Assembly: GCA_947495685.1 (NCBI GenBank)
Contig: CANLZY010000018.1
Span: forward strand, 3,244 to 67,243
Direction: 5' to 3'
DNA: 64,000 bases
Origin: an uncultured Tropicimonas sp.
GTDB taxonomy: Bacteria > Pseudomonadota > Alphaproteobacteria > Rhodobacterales > Rhodobacteraceae
A program made the position numbers and the translations under genes. Each line of letters begins with the position of its first letter. Within the stretch, counting starts at the first letter, position 1. Positions 58,816-64,000 of the stretch are shown in pieces. The notes beneath the pieces are model-generated. The model was not told where the DNA came from, did not search any database, and saw only the letters and a list, made by a program, of their open reading frames with translations.

Positions 58816-59496
58816 CTATTTCGACGCGCCCTCTGTCGGACCCTCGTTTCCGGTCGCATCTCGATTGATAACGAATTCCATGCCAACCGTAAAAAAAACG
58901 CCGACAGCAGCGGCAATCACGGCAAGAGATATTTTGTCACGATTTCTTCCCCAAAAGGATCTCCGAGATCTGAAGTAGACTTTCGGCCTATCAAGTTTCC
59001 ACATTACAAATAAGGAACTGAATGCCAATATCGCAGCAATAAATTCAATTCCCCCCCAAATTCCGGGAGGCGACAGCCGGCTAATATTGAGCGCGATTAC
59101 CAAAAACGTAGAATTAAAAAAACCAAAGAACCATATCGACCCCAGCGGCGAATACCAAGGAACGAACTCTCTGAGCCTATTCGCAAGATTTTCGGCCATT
59201 GTAGCGCTATCGACTCCACGATCAGAAAAGTGGATTCGTGCGGAGTATTCATTTATGACCACCTCGATTCCTGACACCTTTACCGTTATCGGAGAGGCAA
59301 TAAGACCAAGGCTGGAATCTATTTCATCCCAACCCTCAAGGACAACTCGTGTTGGGTCTCTATAATTTCCGGTTTCTATTTCAACTTCGGCGTCATTCGG
59401 AAAGGATGACTTCAGTGTCGCCAAGAATTCTTCAGAACTCATACGAAAGCTTGGGAGTTTCTTGGAAGGGTTAACCGATCGATTCTTTTCTCTCAT
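58816..59496 (-). CDS. Hypothetical membrane protein, low-GC orphan
   Basis: 226 aa. Visibly AT-rich codons compared with neighbours. N-terminal soluble ~110 aa, then three hydrophobic helices (IWFFGFFNSTFLVIALNI, IEFIAAILAFSSLFVMW, LAVIAAAVGVFFTVGMEFVI). It starts 13 nt after the parE stop. Confidence 0.6.
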   Translation of the reverse strand: MREKNRSVNPSKKLPSFRMSSEEFLATLKSSFPNDAEVEIETGNYRDPTRVVLEGWDEIDSSLGLIASPITVKVSGIEVVINEYSARIHFSDRGVDSATMAENLANRLREFVPWYSPLGSIWFFGFFNSTFLVIALNISRLSPPGIWGGIEFIAAILAFSSLFVMWKLDRPKVYFRSRRSFWGRNRDKISLAVIAAAVGVFFTVGMEFVINRDATGNEGPTEGASK

Positions 59497-59508
59497 CCGA
59501 TATTTCCC

Positions 59509-61467
<1,959 letters not shown>

Positions 61468-61870
61468 GGGGGGCTGCTCTGCTCTTCTTGGCTTTGGTTG
61501 GCGCCCATTCTGGCAGGAAAGCGCGTCAGGGAAAAGCCTGCTTGCATGATCGGCTCGGCGGGCGGCAGTGTCATGCCTGTTTCTGCAGCACGGGTCGATA
61601 CGGGTATCCCACACAGTGCACCGGGCGCGGGGCCTGGGTGCCGCGCCCTTCCTTTGCAGGATCTGCCCGCTTTGCCCGAAGGAAACTGTTCACGCCGCCC
61701 GGCCCATTTTCCCGGTGCCCCGGAATTGCAAACACGCCGGGAGGCCGCGTGACCGAGGCCACGACCGAGGTGTTTCCACGCGGGGCGAATCGTTCCGCCA
61801 GCGTCTGCCGGTCTGCAACGGGATGAAAGTCTTTCTTGCGACATGATCCGTTGAGGTCTAGGTCGCTGGG

Positions 61871-63244
61871 ATGTCCACATCGATGTCATACACCGGGCAC
61901 GCCCGCGCGTTGCTTACCCTTGGCGTGCCACTGATCGGCGGCCACCTGGCGCAATTTGCGATTCAGGTGACGGATACGATCATGCTGGGCTGGTATGATG
62001 TCGAGGCCCTGGCCGCCGTCGTTCTGGCCGGGTCGCTGTTCTTTACCCTGTTTCTCATGGGTTCCGGCTTTGCCTTTGCCGTGATGCCGATGGTGGCCGC
62101 GGCCAGCGAGAACGATTTTGGCGATGCCCAGATCCGGCGTGTCACGCGGATGGGGCTGTGGATCTCGTTGATCTATTCCGGACTTGCGCTGTTGCTGATG
62201 GTCTATTCAGAGCCGCTCCTGCTGATGATCGGACAGGCGCCCGACCTGGCGTCGGATGCTGCCGTCTACCTGTCGATTGCCAGTTGGGGCATCGTGCCCG
62301 CCCTCGGGGTGATGGTGCTGAAGTCCTACCTGAACGCGCTGGAACGCACGCAGGTGGTGCTCTGGGTGACCATCCTGTCGGCCGTGATCAACGGCCTGGT
62401 GAATTACCTCTTGATCTTTGGCAGTTTCGGCTTTCCCGAGTTGGGCATTCGCGGCGCTGCGATTGCCTCTGTCGCGGTGCATGTGACCACGGTGGTGGGC
62501 CTTGCGATCTATGCCGTTCGCAGCTTTCCGCAGCATACAATCTTTGTCCGTTTCTGGCGTCCCGACTGGGTGGCCTTCGGCCAGGTCTTTCGGCTTGGAT
62601 GGCCGATCAGCCTGACCAACCTGTCGGAGGTCGGCCTGTTTGCCGCGTCAGCGGTGATGGTGGGTTGGCTGGGCGTGATCCCCCTGGCGGCGCACGGTAT
62701 TGCACTGCAATTGGCCTCAGCGACCTTCCTGGTGCATCTGGGCCTGTCGAACGCCACCACGATCCGCGCCGGCAAGGCGCTTGGTCGCGGCGATGCCGCC
62801 CACCTGAAGCGCGGGGGCGAAGTTGCGGTGGTGATGTCAATCCTGTTCGCCGCAATCACCATCGTGATCTTCCTGATCTGGCCGGAACCGCTGCTGGGCC
62901 TGTTCCTGGACCCGGCAGACCCGCGCAAACCGGAGATCCTCGCCATTGGTGTGGGCCTTGTTGTGATGGCGGCGCTGTTTCAATTGGCGGATGGCGCCCA
63001 GATCATGGCACATGGCCTGCTGCGCGGGGTGCAGGATACCCGGGTTCCGATGGTGCTGTCGGCGCTGGCCTATTGGCCGATCGGCATGGGATCGAGCTAT
63101 TTGCTGGGATTTGTCTGGGGCTTTGGCGCAATCGGCGTCTGGGCCGGGCTGGTGATTGGTCTGATGGTTGCAGGGATCCTGCTGATGTACCGGTTCTGGG
63201 CGCTGACGCTTCCCGCAGTCACAGCATCCGAATCTGCCCGCTGA
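61871..63244 (+). CDS. MATE-family efflux transporter (NorM/DinF-like)
   Basis: 12 TM helices. LLTLGVPLIGGHLAQFAIQVTDTIMLG and duplicated MatE halves. Confidence 0.9.
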   Translation: MSTSMSYTGHARALLTLGVPLIGGHLAQFAIQVTDTIMLGWYDVEALAAVVLAGSLFFTLFLMGSGFAFAVMPMVAAASENDFGDAQIRRVTRMGLWISLIYSGLALLLMVYSEPLLLMIGQAPDLASDAAVYLSIASWGIVPALGVMVLKSYLNALERTQVVLWVTILSAVINGLVNYLLIFGSFGFPELGIRGAAIASVAVHVTTVVGLAIYAVRSFPQHTIFVRFWRPDWVAFGQVFRLGWPISLTNLSEVGLFAASAVMVGWLGVIPLAAHGIALQLASATFLVHLGLSNATTIRAGKALGRGDAAHLKRGGEVAVVMSILFAAITIVIFLIWPEPLLGLFLDPADPRKPEILAIGVGLVVMAALFQLADGAQIMAHGLLRGVQDTRVPMVLSALAYWPIGMGSSYLLGFVWGFGAIGVWAGLVIGLMVAGILLMYRFWALTLPAVTASESAR

Positions 63245-63260
63245 CTACCGACCCAAGGCG

Positions 63261-64000
63261 TCAGGAACCCTGTTTCTGCTGCGACAGGTATCTCTCGATC
63301 ACGTCAAACAAGGCATCGGCCATCGGATCGGGCGACTCGCTGACCGGAATCTCCGACGGCGGTTGCAACGTCAGCCCGAGCTTGTCCCGAACTTCGGCGT
63401 GTTTGGCCGCATAGTCCTCGATCTGTGCCCCGGTGAATCCGGCGATCCGATATTTCGGTCCCTCCAGTTCCATCAACCGCTTGCGCAGCTTCTGCGGGCG
63501 GTTCTTTGCCCCCAGCGGGAACAGCTTGTTGAACACCATCAAGGCCCGGACGGCATTTTCCGAAACGGATTCGTTGGCGTGGATTTCAGTCAACCCCATC
63601 GAGGCAAGCGTCGGCAGCCCGAGCGCGGCGAGGAAGCTGTTGCAGATGCCGTCTCTCACGGCGTCCTCGAACCGAATGTAGACGGACCTGTCCGCGCCGA
63701 ACACCCGCCGGGTGCGCAACGGCAGGTCGTGGATACGCTGCACGGCCGTCTCGTAGGGCGTCGGGCGGGACCGATGGCCACCCTTTGCAAGCTGCTGGGT
63801 GTCGGACGACGTCCAGCTGAGCAGTTCCCGGTAGAAATAGATCGCGGTGACCTGTCCACGCTGCGCTAGATGCTGGCGCAGCTTGTTCAACCGCGGTTCG
63901 GGCAGTTGCGCCAGGTATTCGCTGGAAATGATGATGTCGTCGGTCGGACTCTGGTCGATCTGGCGGTCCAGGTCGGCCATGGCCGTGGTATCCCGCGCCT
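63261..64000 (-). CDS. Sulfotransferase-fold-like protein, paralog family of 1172..2128; N-terminus outside the window
   Basis: The frame stays open from ATG 63980 to base 64000. IIISSEYLAQL and ICNSFLAALGL align by eye with VLSNEHFLL and VVDILRFIGL of ORF 1172..2128. That places the P-loop about 80 aa upstream, beyond the window. Confidence 0.45.
   Translation of the reverse strand, partial: ARDTTAMADLDRQIDQSPTDDIIISSEYLAQLPEPRLNKLRQHLAQRGQVTAIYFYRELLSWTSSDTQQLAKGGHRSRPTPYETAVQRIHDLPLRTRRVFGADRSVYIRFEDAVRDGICNSFLAALGLPTLASMGLTEIHANESVSENAVRALMVFNKLFPLGAKNRPQKLRKRLMELEGPKYRIAGFTGAQIEDYAAKHAEVRDKLGLTLQPPSEIPVSESPDPMADALFDVIERYLSQQKQGS

Overview
High-GC alphaproteobacterial chromosome segment, most consistent with a Rhodobacteraceae (roseobacter-group) genome (Hint-domain protein, ctaD-DUF2244 pair, yqeY/carA divergon, DUF3300/DUF2950 pair). 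Bases 1 to about 21.5 kb look accessory. They hold a 12-gene, translationally coupled Wzx/Wzy-type polysaccharide cluster with two sulfotransferase-fold and two acetyltransferase genes (1-11940). Next comes a visibly lower-GC islet with a CoiA-like nuclease, a cold-shock-like OB-fold ORF and a small RTX protein (12.1-15.0 kb). Decayed IS110- and IS3-family transposase genes then flank a beta-helix protein (15.5-20.1 kb), and convergent tRNA-Pro/tRNA-Leu genes bracket a decayed ABC-2 permease. The rest is mostly core: lipB, AEC transporter, ctaD, carA, a tkt operon, a ubiH-like gene, an AttEFGH-like ABC system, valS, thrS, fbp, parE and a MATE pump. Four loci stand out. (i) 52159-55034 is a bufferin-type RiPP operon with two tandem DUF2282 precursors carrying Sec signal peptides, a DUF692/MNIO enzyme, a DUF2063 partner and DoxX. 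(ii) 29370-31334 is a processive GT2 synthase fused to a tandem MshEN-type c-di-GMP-binding motif. (iii) A DUF3300 protein carries GNRPGKPGD repeats and a lysine-rich tail, and is paired with DUF2950. (iv) A low-GC orphan membrane gene sits 13 nt downstream of parE. Many long ORFs in the track are antisense shadows of real genes in GC-rich DNA and were rejected. No rRNA, CRISPR array, intact transposase or integrase was seen. All family assignments come from motif recognition by eye; no searches or GC computations were run.
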